Source: Emiliania huxleyi CCMP1516
Taxonomy: Eukaryota
Direction: 5' to 3'
DNA length: 64,000 nucleotides
Assembly (NCBI RefSeq): GCF_000372725.1
Contig: NW_005201421.1
Span: forward strand, 310,001-374,000
Below the pieces are notes generated by a model. The model was given only the letters and a program-made list of their open reading frames with translations. It made no database searches and had not been told where the DNA came from. Shown one piece after another: positions 49,568-62,038 of this stretch. The stretch's first letter is position 1. The number at the start of each line of letters is the position of its first letter. A program made the position numbers and the translations under genes.

Positions 49568-50198
49568 GAGAGAGAGAGAGAGACTCAGGTTACGGGGTGT
49601 GGACCGTGAGTTGACCAGGGGTTGTGCGCCGGGACCTCCTGCTCGGCTCCAGCCAGTAGACAAGTCTTGTCACTAACAGAGTAGAAGAATCTGACCTCGG
49701 GGCCGATGTGACCAAGCGCTGGTAGCGTGGTTTAACCTCACACCCACGGTCTCACAGTGTGCCGGCAGTCGCCGAGCAGTGTCGCTCACACAACGAGCCG
49801 CAGCACAAGTGACTGAGGGCCAGTGAGGGCGAGCCCATCGCTGTCACACGGCTGTGGCAGCCGCACAGTAGGCTGTGCCATCTGTGCAGAGCGTGTGAGC
49901 AGCAGAGGAGCTGCTCTCCAAGCTTCAGGCGCAAAGAGCTGCATGCCACCGAAGGCGCTGTCGAGGTTCGCCGAGCGCGGCGAAATCCGAGCTATCCGCG
50001 GGGACACCGTCACCGACGAGCGCGTTCGGAACTCGCTGAGACCTGAGTTTGCTGTCTGACTGTACACATCAGGAGAGGTGTCCATTGTGGTTTGTGCTGT
50101 TGATTAGGTGCTGTGAAATGCCGTTGTGTTAAATGCAGCTTTACGTACGCGTCACACACATGCGTCAAAGCACCCGCCGCATAACCCCTACACACAGC

Positions 50199-51753
50199 TT
50201 ACACACCGTCACCAGCGGGCCGCATGTGCTCGGGCAGCTCCACGTCGCCTCCCACCGCCTCGAGCAGCGCCTCCCTCCACCGCGCACCTCGAATGAAGGT
50301 GAAGCGCCGCGTGGTCTCCTCCGCGAGGAAGAGCGAGACGACGCGCCAGACGGCCCAGAAGACGCCGTTGACGGGCGCCACGATCACCTCTCCGAGCAGG
50401 CCGGGATAATGCTGCACGAGGGCCGGGAGGACGGCGATGGCGAGCGCCGGGTCCTGGTTGCGCACGCCCGAGGAGGACCGGTCCACCACGAGGCTGAACT
50501 GGCCTCCCGGCCCGTCCGCCACGCCGAGGTCCCGGATGGCCGCCTCGGCGTTGTAGACGACGAAGCGCCGCCACGTCTCGGTCGGGATCTGGCCCGGGCG
50601 GTGCCGGTCCGCGAAGAAGACGGCGGTGGGTCGGCCGGCGCGGTCGCGCCCGCGCAGCCAGCGCGCCTCGCCCGCGCCCGCCGCCTCGCCGCCCGCCTCG
50701 TCGTTGTGCAGCGCGAAGAAAGTCTCGAGCGAGAGGAGAGCCCCCTCCCTGTCGAGGATGCCGTCCACACGCTCGTCGCTCCGCCACGCTGCAGTCGAGC
50801 GCAGCGCCGCCTGCACGCCGTCAAGCGCCCGTACCTCCGCCGCCTGGCCCCCCCTCGCCCGCACGAAGCGGAGTACGTCCGTGCGGCTCAGGCGCCGCAG
50901 CCACGCCTCGCCGCCCGCGCCGCCCGCGCCTCCTCCCTCGCCCGCCTCCGAGAGGCTTGCGAGAGCTGCGTCCACCAGCCGCGCCTCTCTCGCCGAGGCG
51001 GCGCGCCACCCGAAAGAGAGGGGAGGTGGCTGCCCCTCCTCTCCGTCAGCGGCTCCCGCCTCCACGGCTGGGGCTGCGCCCTCGGCTGGGCTTGCAGCAC
51101 AACTGCGCAGCAGGACGGTCTCGGTGAGTCCTGTCCGGACTCAGGCACAGGCTGCAGCAAGCTCACCTTGTCGCGGCTGCGGCGGGGAGGTCCCCTGGTC
51201 TCGGCTGCTCCGACCGTGGAGCTCCTCCTGCCTCCGGTGGCTGTGGCTCCGAGGCCGGCAGCGACCGCAGCAGCGCCACCTCCCGCGCGATCAGCGCCGC
51301 CATGGCTGCGGTGAAGAGGCCCACCGCTGCCGCGAGAGCCAGTAGAGCGGCGGGCAGGAGCGACGAGGCGCCGAGGAGCCGTCGAGTGCGCGAGAGGAAG
51401 AGGGACACGAACGGCACCAACGCCGCGGCCGCAGCAGCCCGCCACGGGGTCGACAGCTGGCTCGCAGCAAAGGCGAGGGCGTAGGCTTTCGCGACGCGCC
51501 CGAGGGCCAGCCGCAGCAGGCCACCGGGAGGCGTCGAGGCGAGCTCAGGCCGAGCCGCAGGCGGAGGCAGCCCGCGCAAGGCGAGCGCGACTCCGGCCGA
51601 GTACCACGCGGTGGAGACGCACGTGTACGCGACGGCGCCAGCCACGCCGTGCGCAGCGATGCCAGCCTGCGGACATCCTCGGCGAGACGGCTTTGGCGCT
51701 TGCCGACTTGCGAACGGAGCGAGAGAGACTGACAGCACGACGAGGGCCAGCAT
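50199..51753 (-). CDS. Membrane domain (DUF1279/FAM210-like) fused to CRAL-TRIO (Sec14) lipid-binding domain
   Basis: Exon 1 has HGVAGAVAY..WY..ASQLSTPWRAAAAAALVP. A GTGAG...CAG intron (~51103-51167) joins it in frame to DVLRFVRARG..GRDRAGRPT..LVQHYPGLLG..FWAVWRVVSLFL..LPEHM. Confidence 0.7.
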
Positions 51754-51770
51754 ATACACACATCCCACTA

Positions 51771-52694
51771 CCCCCTGTATCGGAGTTATGGCACACTTAG
51801 GAGCTGTGAACGTGAAGAGAGTGGTACCAGAACTGCGGGTCGTTGCGGCACGCATGGGGGGCCTCCCGGACGTATGATCCTAGCCCAATACGTCCCACGG
51901 AGCACATTTCGATTTTTGACAGAATTAAATGCACTGCCCCCGCACGGTAGTCGTAGTTTTGGCACCGCTGCCCTTCACGGCACCACACCGCCGCTTGACA
52001 GCCCGGGATTAGCCTAGCAGCGAGTGGGCATCGCCTGCCGGTCGGCTGGGCACGAGCCAAGCACTTGGGCGGCCGTCAACCGAGTCCGAGCGGCGCCTGA
52101 GGTGGGTGCCACGGCGTCCGCACGAAGGCGTGGCGGGGTGAGGAGCCAGGAGTGGTGAACACCTCCCCGTCGGGCGCGCGGCGCGCCGGATGGTCCGCCG
52201 AGGCCGCCGCCGCCCCGGCGGCGGCGATGGGGGCGGCGGGGCCGACCCGGCCGGCGTTTGTCGGCTCCACCTACAGAAGAGCAGTCTCTGTGGGTCGACG
52301 ATACTAACTCGGTAGTAACGCGGAGCGGTGCTGTGCGACGCCGCGTCGTGCGCGAGGCGACCTCCTGGGGCTACCTGAGCTGGCAATGGATGCCACCAGG
52401 ACGCACGGCTAGCAGGAGCCAGTCAGGCATGCCCTGCTGTGGAGCAGAGCCGGCTGGCGCACCGGCGATACTAACTCAGCGCGCCGCGAGAGGCGAATCT
52501 GGGCGACTTTGGAGGCGCAGTTCTCGAGCTTGCCGTCGACGATTGATGTCGGGTAAATTGTCACTGCCGTCGGGGAAGGTATTCTCTCAGCAGGCCGAGC
52601 GCCGTGGCCTGGCTCGGCTCGCTGCGAACGCCGCGAATTTATCAGTGCCAAAACTCAAAAAAAATGGTAGTAACGAAGACTACGATACAGGGGG
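51771..52694. mobile_element. 924-bp non-autonomous TIR element with TA TSD (Tc1/mariner-type MITE)
   Basis: TA|ccccctgtatcg ... cgatacaggggg|TA, with an additional inverted gagtt(a/t)tggcac inside both ends. Confidence 0.75.
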
Positions 52695-55600
52695 TAGTTT
52701 ATTCGCCGTCAACGATTGGGGTAGGGGCCCCAACTCGTGTGAGGCTACTACTTTATCGCAGGTACTTACTGAGGAGCGTCTTCTCATATGAAGGGTCTTC
52801 ATCCCTCCTGCCAGTCTTCACGGATTTTTCTCCGTGAACACTCAGGACGCGACGTACGTCCAAGCACGTTCCGCGTGCCTCGTGGCCGCGCTCTTTGCGT
52901 GCTGCTCCTGCAGCTCTCTCGCTGCTCTTCCTGGCCCGGCGCCGTGCCAGCTCTGTGGCCGCGCCAGGCTCTGCGGTCTGCGACCGCGCCAGCACTCTGG
53001 CTGCGCCGGTTCTTCGCTTTCCCCACCCACCCTCTCCTGGGATAAGGGGGGTCGTTCTGAGGGCTCTCCGTATGGTTAGCTCCTCCCTCCCTCTGGTCTG
53101 TGGTGCGATCCCTTTCGGCGACGCGGCCAGGCCACGGGTCGTTGAGGCTTGCCTCCGTGCCCGTGGTCGTCCAAGCTGATCGAGTCCCAACCCACCGCCT
53201 TTAGTGGCAAGACCCCAGGGGATGTCAGGTACTGCGTAGCTCTTCCTTGTGGAGGCACGCGACGACTCCAGACGGACCCTAGTACGCTCCAATGTATCCT
53301 CACGGATGCTAGGAAGTGAAGCCCAGATAAAGTAGTCGATCAACACTTTCGATAGACCGAAAGTAAGATCGTTCGGTGCAGAAACCCCGGCCATGCCCAT
53401 GTAACGCAATTGTGCTCGATTTTTTTTGATTTTTTGGTAGAAGTGTCTCCAAGTCTTCTGGACCCATCGATGGCCGTCGCCTCGACGCCGCTCGTCGCGG
53501 CACCATCGTGCCCGGCCTGGGCGAAGCATCGTCGCGGGCGCCAGCCGCAGTTCGACGGCAAGCCGTGCGAGCCTGCTAAGGAGGAGGACATGTGGCTGTG
53601 CCTGGCCGACGGCCGCGCGCGCAGCACCGCCGACCTGAAGCGCCTGGCGACAGCCGCTCGGGTGCGAGCGAAACGAGCAAGAGATGCAGCCGCCGCGAAC
53701 ACGCGCGATCGGCAGGCGCGCGACCAGCGCCGCCGGCAGCGTGAGCAGCACGACCGGCGCGCAGCGCCGGCGGTCGCCAAGACCGTGCGCCCACAACGCG
53801 GCCAGTGCGGCTGCCCGGCGCACGCGGTGTGCGGCATGTGCGTCGACCAGGGCAAGCTCGCCGCGGCCGAGCAGGCGGCCATCGACCTGGAGACGCGCTT
53901 CCACGCCTCGACGAACGTCGTCATGGACCTGGAGCGGCCCGAGGACGAGACGGCGGCGCTGCTGCAGCGCTGCGTGCACGTCTCCGACGAGACGAAGCGG
54001 CGGCTGCTGGGCGAGTGGAGCGACGAGCGCATGGCGCACGCGCTGCCGCTGCACGCATGCGCCTCGTGCGGCGTGCGGGACCCGTCGCTGACGTACACGC
54101 GGGTTGACGTGTCGGTGCTGCCGCGCACTGTGTCTGTGCGCGTAGCCGGCGGCGAAGACGAGACGCGGCACGTGTTTGAGCTCTCGCCCGAGCAGTGCGC
54201 TAAGTATCGAGGTCTTCAAAACAAAAAGGTGCGCCTTGCGTTTCCCAACGGCGCGAGCAACGACCGTCCCAACGGCGACGGTACGCACGAATTCCGCGAC
54301 ACCGACATCTCGCGCGTCATCAGCTGCTGGGAGTCGGACGACGGCACGCTCTACCACCTGCACCCCGAACTCGTCGACCTGGTGGAGGCTGTAGCGTCGT
54401 CGCGCGTAAGAAGCGTGGTGAAATTTAGAAAAGGAGTTGCGGTGTTGATCGCCGCGGGAGCCCTCTTATCTCGGCTTCTCCACATGAACCAAGCATCAGC
54501 ACCGTGAGGTGTGATACATTGGCGCGTAAAGGGTCAGTCTGGAGTCGCGTGCCTCCACAACGGAAGAGCTACGCAGTACCTGACATCCCCCGGGGTCTTG
54601 CCACTAAAGGCGGAGGGTTGGGACTCAAACAGCTTGGACGAACTGCAGGTCCGGAGGTAACCTCAACGTCCTGCAGCCGGCCGCAGCGCCGTAAGGGTTC
54701 GCACCTCAGACCAAGTAGAGAGAGAGGTGGAGCTCACCACACGTGGAGCACCTACCGCCGCGTAAACGACGCGGGAGTCTCCCCCGCATAAAGAGGGGGG
54801 AGAGGTAAGATGGGCCGACGACAGGACCCATTACGCGAGCAGAGGCTCGAGCTGACTTCGCCGTGAGAGCCACGGTGGATCCCATGATAGCGTGAGAGCT
54901 TAGCATGCCACCAAGGAGAGGGTGGGTGGGAACCAAAGAGAGATGGCGCAGCCGGAGGGCTGGCGCCGTCAGAGAGGATGGAGCGGCCACAGAGGTGGCG
55001 CGGCATCAGGTCCCATGAGCAGGGAGAGAGCGCAGCGAGAGCGCCGCGCATGAGGAGCAAGGGCCAAGCGCGCTCGCGAAAGTAGGCGGCGAAAGCGCGC
55101 GCCAGCTGAAGTGCAAGTTTGGTGTTCACAGCAGCGGAGGCTGAGTGAAGACCGCATGCGATGTGCGCGAGGGCACACGAGAGGGACTCAGGAGAGGTAT
55201 CCGTGAGTACCCTACGATAAACTAGTGGCCTACCACGAGTTGGGGCCCCCACCCCAATCGTTATCGGCGGACTAGTTTATCTCGGCTTCTCCACATGAAC
55301 CAAGCATCAGCACCGTGAGGTGTGATACATTGGCGCGTAAAGGGTCAGTCTGGAGTCGCGTGCCTCCACAACGGAAGAGCTACGCAGTACCGGACATCCC
55401 AACGCAGAGTGGAGGGAGCGGGTGCAGACGGACCTCGCATCCCAATGAAGCCAGAAGAGGGGCAGATGCGCTCGTGACGAGGAGCGACCCCAGCGTGAAG
55501 CCTACATTCACGCCACGCCGCCCACGAGGCGGCACACCAGACGAGGCTCGAGTAGACGAAGAGCGAGACGAGGCTCACTCGAGGCGGCGGCGGAGGAGAG

Positions 55601-55915
55601 GGCTGGCGCCGTCAGAGAGGATGGAGCGGCCACAGAGGTGGCGCGGCATCAGGTCCCATGAGCAGGGAGAGAGCGCAGCGAGAGCGCCGCGCATGAGGAG
55701 CAAGGGCCAAGCGCGCTCGCGAAAGTAGGCGGCGAAAGCGCGCGCCAGCTGAAGTGCAAGTTTGGTGTTCACAGCAGCGGAGGCTGAGTGAAGACCGCAT
55801 GCGATGTGCGCGAGGGCACACGAGAGGGACTCAGGAGAGGTATCCGTGAGTACCCTACGATAAACTAGTGGCCTACCACGAGTTGGGGCCCCCACCCCAA
55901 TCGTTATCGGCGGAA
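52695..55915 (+). mobile_element. Helitron/Helentron-like composite element with long diverged inverted arms and a duplicated right arm
   Basis: The left arm ~52702-53335 is an inverted homologue of 54466-55271 and 55277-55914. Each arm ends in an ataaactagtgg-like motif plus a ttgggg..ccccaa hairpin, and the first right arm ends CTAG|T. Confidence 0.65.
53470..54507 (+). pseudogene. Truncated Cys-rich ORF resembling the N-terminus of Helitron Rep/helicase proteins
   Basis: CGCPAHAVCGMC, LHACASCGVRD and LYHLHPELVD, then the frame runs into the right arm. No HUH Rep or PIF1 motifs are present. Confidence 0.5.
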
Positions 55916-55939
55916 CTAACAAAATGCTCTCGCGTGCAG

Positions 55940-57788
55940 GGTTCCGGCTCCCAGCCGGAGTGTGTGTGTGTGTGTGTGCGGCTCTCCGACTCGACTCGAG
56001 GCGCGCGTCGCGGCAATCTGACGCGGCGGGCGGCGTCGCGGGCGGCAGCGGTGGCGGCCTCGCGGTGGAGGCTGGAGGCGTGGTGGATCTTTGAGTTTAT
56101 TTCATGATGGACTACGAGGACTGGGGGGTCAACCGGGAGGCAGGGGGTCAACCAGGCGACGGAGGACCGTGGGCCATCGCGGGGACTGCTGCGTACGGAG
56201 GACGCGGCAGATAGATCCGGATGGTCTTCACGCCGGTGGGTGGCACCGAGGCGTCTTGGACGCTCAGCTCTACCTTAGCTCCTGAGGGGCGCGTGGTTCT
56301 AACCACGTAGTATGACTATAGCCCACCACAGACACCCTCCCTGCTCCACACGTGTGCACACACCCTCACCCTCTCCTCTCTCCTCTCTCTCTCTCTCTCC
56401 TCTCTCCTCTCCTTGTCTGCTGTCTGCCTGACTCAGGCGCAATCTGCCGATGCGAGATTGTGTGTGGGCTGCTCCTAGGGGGCCCTGTGCGATCCGACGG
56501 GTAGGGGGGCTGTGCCCGGGCGGTGTCCGGTGTGGAGTCCCCTTCTGATCCCGCCTGAGATGTTGGGTGCGAGGTCGTGGAAGCTTTGATCCCAAGGGGG
56601 GGAGCTGATCCCACTCGTAACCAACTCTCAGGGGCAGTAGGTGGGCGAGCTTCAGGCGCGCCCATCTCGATCGTCAAGGCGTCGCTACGCGCGGTCTTCC
56701 GCGGGGGGAGCTTCGTCGACGGGTGCGGGAGCGCGGCGCAGTCAGTGCCGCGGCGAGGCCTCCGGCTGTTTGCGGCGGGCGGCTTGCTGCTCGCTGCATG
56801 GCGAAAAACTCGTCTCGCCACACACCAAGGGCGTATGCTCTGGCGAGACGTGAGGCGCATGCGCCCAGGAGGGGAGGGGGCATGCGTAACGACACTGCTA
56901 GAGATGCCTTTCGGGGCCCAGAGACAAAACTTCTGTGATGCCATGCGTGACCTAGTAGTGTCCCCAGCTATGGGCGTGTCCACGTTGGAGCCAGGTGTGG
57001 TGTGGGCGCGAGAATAGCTCCGCCGTTCATGGAGGCAACCGATGCGAGTCGACTGGTGTGTGTCGTCGTGGTTTCGTATCAAGAATACTCACTCACACTC
57101 CCAGCCGGATAGGGGGTCTGTGTCTGTCTCGACGCACCCTCCCGACAGACTTTTGTCCACCCTCGCGGCGGATATTCTGCTCAGCGCGAAACTCAGAGAC
57201 CCGCGTGGAATGACCACGGACGGCGACTTCCTGTACGTGATCGAGCCCCTTCAAGAAAGCATCACCCTGATCCGACTCGACGACCGGGAGCGCGTGCGCA
57301 CGTCGCCGACCTTGGGCTTCGGTGCCGGCCCCGGGGTCATCACTCGTGCGTGCACAGTCGCCGGCTCGTCGCTCTTTGTGTGCGACCCGTACGGCAACCG
57401 CGTCCACATCCTCGACAAGACGACCCTCGCGCACGCACACGACTTTGGGCACCCGCGCATCGATCGGCCGACCAGCGTCGCCGCTGCGGCCGGCAAAGTC
57501 TTTGTCGGCAACCGTGGCGGTGCGCTCCTCCTGTTCGAAGCGGACGGAACATTCGTGCGGGTGCTGCTGCAGTGCGAGCGAGATGTCCGCGCGCTGGCCA
57601 TCGCGCCGGACGGCCAGCATCTCTTCGTGGCGACTGGTTCGTGGCTGCAGGTGCTCAGCGTGCAAGACTGGAAGACCCGGCAGGCGCTGAAGACGGACGG
57701 CCCCCTCGATGAGCTCTGCGTCGACATCACAGGCCGGGTGCAGGGCTTTGGAAGGTTTCGTGCGCAGTCGTTTGAGTGGCGCGTTTGA
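55940..57788 (+). pseudogene. NHL/beta-propeller terminal exon interrupted by the family-3 insertion
   Basis: LRDPRGMTTDGDFLYV, LFVCDPYGNRVHIL, RPTSVAAAAGKVFVGN and ALAIAPDGQHLFV. Removing the insert restores CTAAC..CAG|GSGSQPDRGS in frame. Confidence 0.7.
55960..57097 (+). mobile_element. Family-3 element, 1.14 kb, with 12-bp TSD
   Basis: ctcccagccgga at 55948-55959 and 57098-57109. The 3' ~145 bp match 24771-24915. Confidence 0.85.
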
Positions 57789-58589
57789 ATCATGAGTACG
57801 TGGCTGGGTTCACAGCGATTGTAGGTAAGTGGAGGGACCAAATCACGGTCGCGGCCTTCCGACTCGCGCCTCCGCCTCACTGGCACTATTGTAGCCCTGG
57901 CCGGTGCGCGTGCGAAGTTGAAGTTCCGGAGTAAAAATTTGAATGCGTTCTCTCACGGTGACCAAAAAATGTCCACCTCAGAGGCACCTCCGGAGGCAGG
58001 CCGCCGCACGCCGGCGACACAGCTCCAGCTGTCGAACTGACCCGCAGCTCCTCTCAGAGCGGGAACTGTGACGAAAGTTGATCGAGGCGGTTGTCAGGAA
58101 TCATCATACGGATTACATGGTGGCTCTCTCATGACGGGAGACCGCCCGACCACTCCTGGGTGGCACTGCCACCAGTGTCGCTCGACGTCCTCTGTCGACA
58201 GCGTGCCGACAGCGACACAGATCATGTGGCACGCGTCGAGTATCGACCTCTACTGCTTACCCAGCCTTCGAGTGTATCCTGGCTGTGGTCCCACACCCAC
58301 TGGTGTCCATCTCAGAGACCGCAGGAGGTCATGAGGGTCGATGGGAGTGCCAACCCCACAATGCCTAAAAACCCAGCCCAGTAGCGCGACGTGCGGTGAC
58401 GGTGTGGTCACGAACATGCTTTCTTTTTTAATGTTCCATGCGCGGTGGCGGCGCTACCGCCCGGACCGGACTCCGCGTGCACGGTAAGTGCGGCAAATAG
58501 ACGGCGCCGCTAACTAACAGCTCGTGTGGTCCAGAGTCAACAGTCATGCGCGATCGGGGCGCGATGCCGAGCGGTGTCGCCGCGTGTGA

Positions 58590-61500
58590 CTACTTGCAGA
58601 GCTTGGCCAGCCCGCGCTCCATCCGGTCCATCGCCTCCTGCAGCGCCTCCATCGACGTGGCGTACGAGATGCGCACGCAGCCGGGCGCGCCAAAGCCGGC
58701 GCCGGGCACGAGGGCGAGATGCTCCTCGCGCAGCAAGTAGTCGCACCTGCCGCCGCGGGGTGGGGGGGGGGGGGGAGAAGAGACGGGTCGGCGGGAGAGG
58801 AGAGGGAGCGAGGGCCGGGCGGCGGCGCGGCACGCACAGCGAGGTCGAGTCGTGCGGCGCGGCGCCCGAGGGGGCCGTGCGGCCGTAAAAGGCCGAGACG
58901 GTGGGGAAGACGTAAAACGCGCCCTGCGGCACCGGGCAGCTCACGCCGGCCATGCCTCGCAGCCGGCCGACCACGTAGTCGCGCTTGCGCCGGAAGTTTG
59001 CGGTGGCGGCCTCCGCAAAGGCGCCGTGCGCGTGCGTGACGGCGGCGACGCCCGCGTGCTGTGCGATCGAGGAGGGGCAGGACGTGTTGTTGCCCTGCAC
59101 CTTTGCCATCGCCTTGATGGCGCCGTGCGGGCCGCAGACGTAGCCGAGCCGGAAGCCCGTCATCGCCGCCCCCTTGGAGAAGCCGTTGACGGTGAGGGTG
59201 CGCTCGTACATCCCTTCCAGCGTCGCGAAGGCCACGTGCGGCTCGTCGTACGCTATGAGCTCGTAGATCTCGTCGGCGAGGACGACGACCTGCAGACGGC
59301 GAGAGGCAGCCGAGATCTGGCCGAGAGGCGGCCGAGAGGCGACCGAGATCTGGCGGAAACCGAGATCCGGCAGAGGTCCAGCCGAGATCTGGCCGAGATC
59401 TGGGCCGAGGGCGGAGCGGGGTCGGGCGGCGAGGGCGATGGCCTGCGGGTGGCGCCGCAGCACCGCCGCGACGCCCTCGAGGGCGGCGCGCGGGAGCAGA
59501 GCGCCGGTCGGGTTGGACGGGTTGCAGAGGATGAGCATCCTAGCAGGGCAGGAGGAGGCTCTTGCCTGGCTGTGGGGTGGGCTGGGGCAAGCTGGGGCAG
59601 GCTGTGGGGCGGGAGGGGCGCCTCGTCTTCGGCGTGATGGCCGCCTGCGAGGGACGTGTCTCGGGACGTGTCTCGGACGTGTCTCGGGCAGCGTCGTCCT
59701 CGGCGCGTGGGAGGCCGCCTCGAGAGCGGCGGGCTGCAGCACGTACTCCTCCTCGGCGCGCGTCTCGAGCAGCACGGCCGTCGCGCCACAGAGCTGAGGG
59801 ATGCCTGCGGGACATGTCGCGCACCACGTCATGGCCGAGTCCGGCACACGCGCCGCGCAGCTGGGCGGTGCCGAGGTGCGACGGCCAGTACGGCGTCGGC
59901 ACGATGATCTCGTCGCCTGTGGCGTCAAGAGGACGCGTCCTGGACATGTCGCAGCGCGGCGTCGGCGCGGTGACGTCGCCGCCTGGGTTGCACAGCGCGA
60001 GCACAGCCTGCAGGATCGCCTGCTTCGCGCCGCAGCAGCAGACCACCTGCGACGGCTCGTACTTGAGGCCCTTCCGGCGGAGCAAATCGTCGCACACGGC
60101 GGAGCGCAGCTCGTGCGACCCCGCCAGCGCGGTGTACTTGACCTTGCCCTCGCGCAGCGCCTCGTGCGCCGCCTCCATCACCTCGGGCGGAGGCGAAAAG
60201 TCGGGCTCGCCGACCGAGAGGGAGATGACGGGCTTGCCCTGCCGCTTGAGCTCGATGGCGAGATCCGAGATGGCGACCGTCGCCGACGCGGGCATCGCCG
60301 CGACGGTGCGCGAGATTGCAATCTCACCGGCCGGCGCAGGCGGCGCCGCGCCGAAGTCGAGTATCTCGCGCCGGAGCTCGGAGAAGGCGGCGCCTACGGG
60401 ACGGCTCCGAGGAGCTGCGGGGGGGGTCCGGAAGGTGTCCCGCCGGGGTGGGGAGGAGAAGAGGCGCCGAACTGGTCCATCATGTCGTTCGAGTTTGCGT
60501 TGTGCGAGTAGAGCGCGTAGAAGAGGTCGAACGAGTCGCGGCACCTGTCCACACTCCAGCCGCTGTGAAGAGACGCCGTTCACGCGCGCAGAAGAGGCCG
60601 AACGAGGGCGGTGCGCGCGTGTTGTCGACGAGCTGGAGCAGCGCCTTGAAACCCTGCGTCGCGATCGGCGACGGCTGCAGCTGCAGCTTGGAGAGGAGTC
60701 TGCCGGTGAGGTGCGTCACGAACTGCGACGCGGCGGCGAGCGCGTCGTGTCGCTCGCACGACAGCTTGACCATCTGGCAGCCTAGCACACAAGGCGCCCG
60801 CTCAATCGACAGCCGTCCAGCGCCCCGCACGACAGCTTGGCCATCCGGCAGCCTTCGTCTTCGAAGAGGGCGAGCGCGCGCGCGGCTCGGTGGTAGTCTG
60901 CGACGCGCACCTGCTCGCAACAAGAGGCGACGTCCGGAGGCGCCGTTCACACCGCCGCGGCAGTCGGCGGCGTCTGGCGCGGCGCGCGCCTGGTCGTAGA
61001 CGCAAGGCAGCCCCTGCCAGCCGTGCCGCCCAGAGTCGGGCCCGAACATGGGGTGGGTGCACAGCACGTCGGCGGTCGGGGGCAGCACGGCGAGCATTGT
61101 CTGCTTGGCGTGCGCCTTGACGGAGAGGACGTCTACCACGAGCGCCTGACACGGGCGCGTCGCGGGCGCGTCGCGCCCACGCCCACCGCCGCTCGCTTCA
61201 CAGACCCCTCCGCCGCAGGCCGCGCGCCTTTTCGAGCAGCGGCGCGGGCAGCGCGCGCAGCACCTTCTCGAACGAGAGGATCGAGGTTGCGACGAAGAGC
61301 ACGTCCACGCTCAGCTCGGACAGCGCCGCCGCGTCTGGCACCCACGCCACCCCCATGCCCGCCGCCGTCTTCGCGTAGTCACCGCGCGAGTGAGCGAAGA
61401 CAGCGTGGCCGCGCCCGACCCAGCGGCGGGCGAGGAACTGGCCGAAGGTTCCGAAGCCGACGATGCCGACGCGGAGCCGCGTGGCTGGCCCGTGCGACAC

Positions 61501-61966
61501 GCGCGCGCCGGAGGAGGCGGGCGGAGAGGCGTCGGTCTGCGGCGATCCGTCGGCGGGGCGCAGCACGAGCCCGTTTTGCGGGTAGCAGCCGAGCACCTGG
61601 GGGAGGGGAGTGGGGGGGGGAGGGGTCACGGGGGGGGGGGGGGCCCTGAGGTTCGCCCTCGCTGGGGCATCCGAGCACCGAGAAGCTCGAGCACATTTCG
61701 CGCAGGTGGCGGAGCGCCTGACAAGAAAAAAGGCCCGGTTCCCGACCCAAAAAGGGGGAAAGAGGGCCTCTCCCACGGGCCGGGGGGTTGCATTCTGCGT
61801 CCCGTCCTCCTCGACCCCAAACTTATGTGGCTATGCCAGGGGGGGGGGGGCGGGNNNNNNNNNNNNNNNNNNNNNNNNNNNNNNNNNNNNNNNNNNNNNN
61901 NNNNNNNNNNNNNNNNNNNNNNNNNNNNNNNNNNNNNNNNNNNNNNNNNNNNNNAAGAGAGGGAGG

Positions 61967-62038
<72 letters not shown>

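Noticed and set aside
52695..55280. Pack-MULE reading (long TIRs with an actagtttat TSD)
   Set aside because: The same motif occurs inside the arms and at arm starts, so it looks element-encoded rather than target-derived. Not fully excluded.
57890..58540. Lower-GC intergenic block, possible TE or ncRNA
   Set aside because: No termini, TSD, repeat match or RNA structure could be identified.
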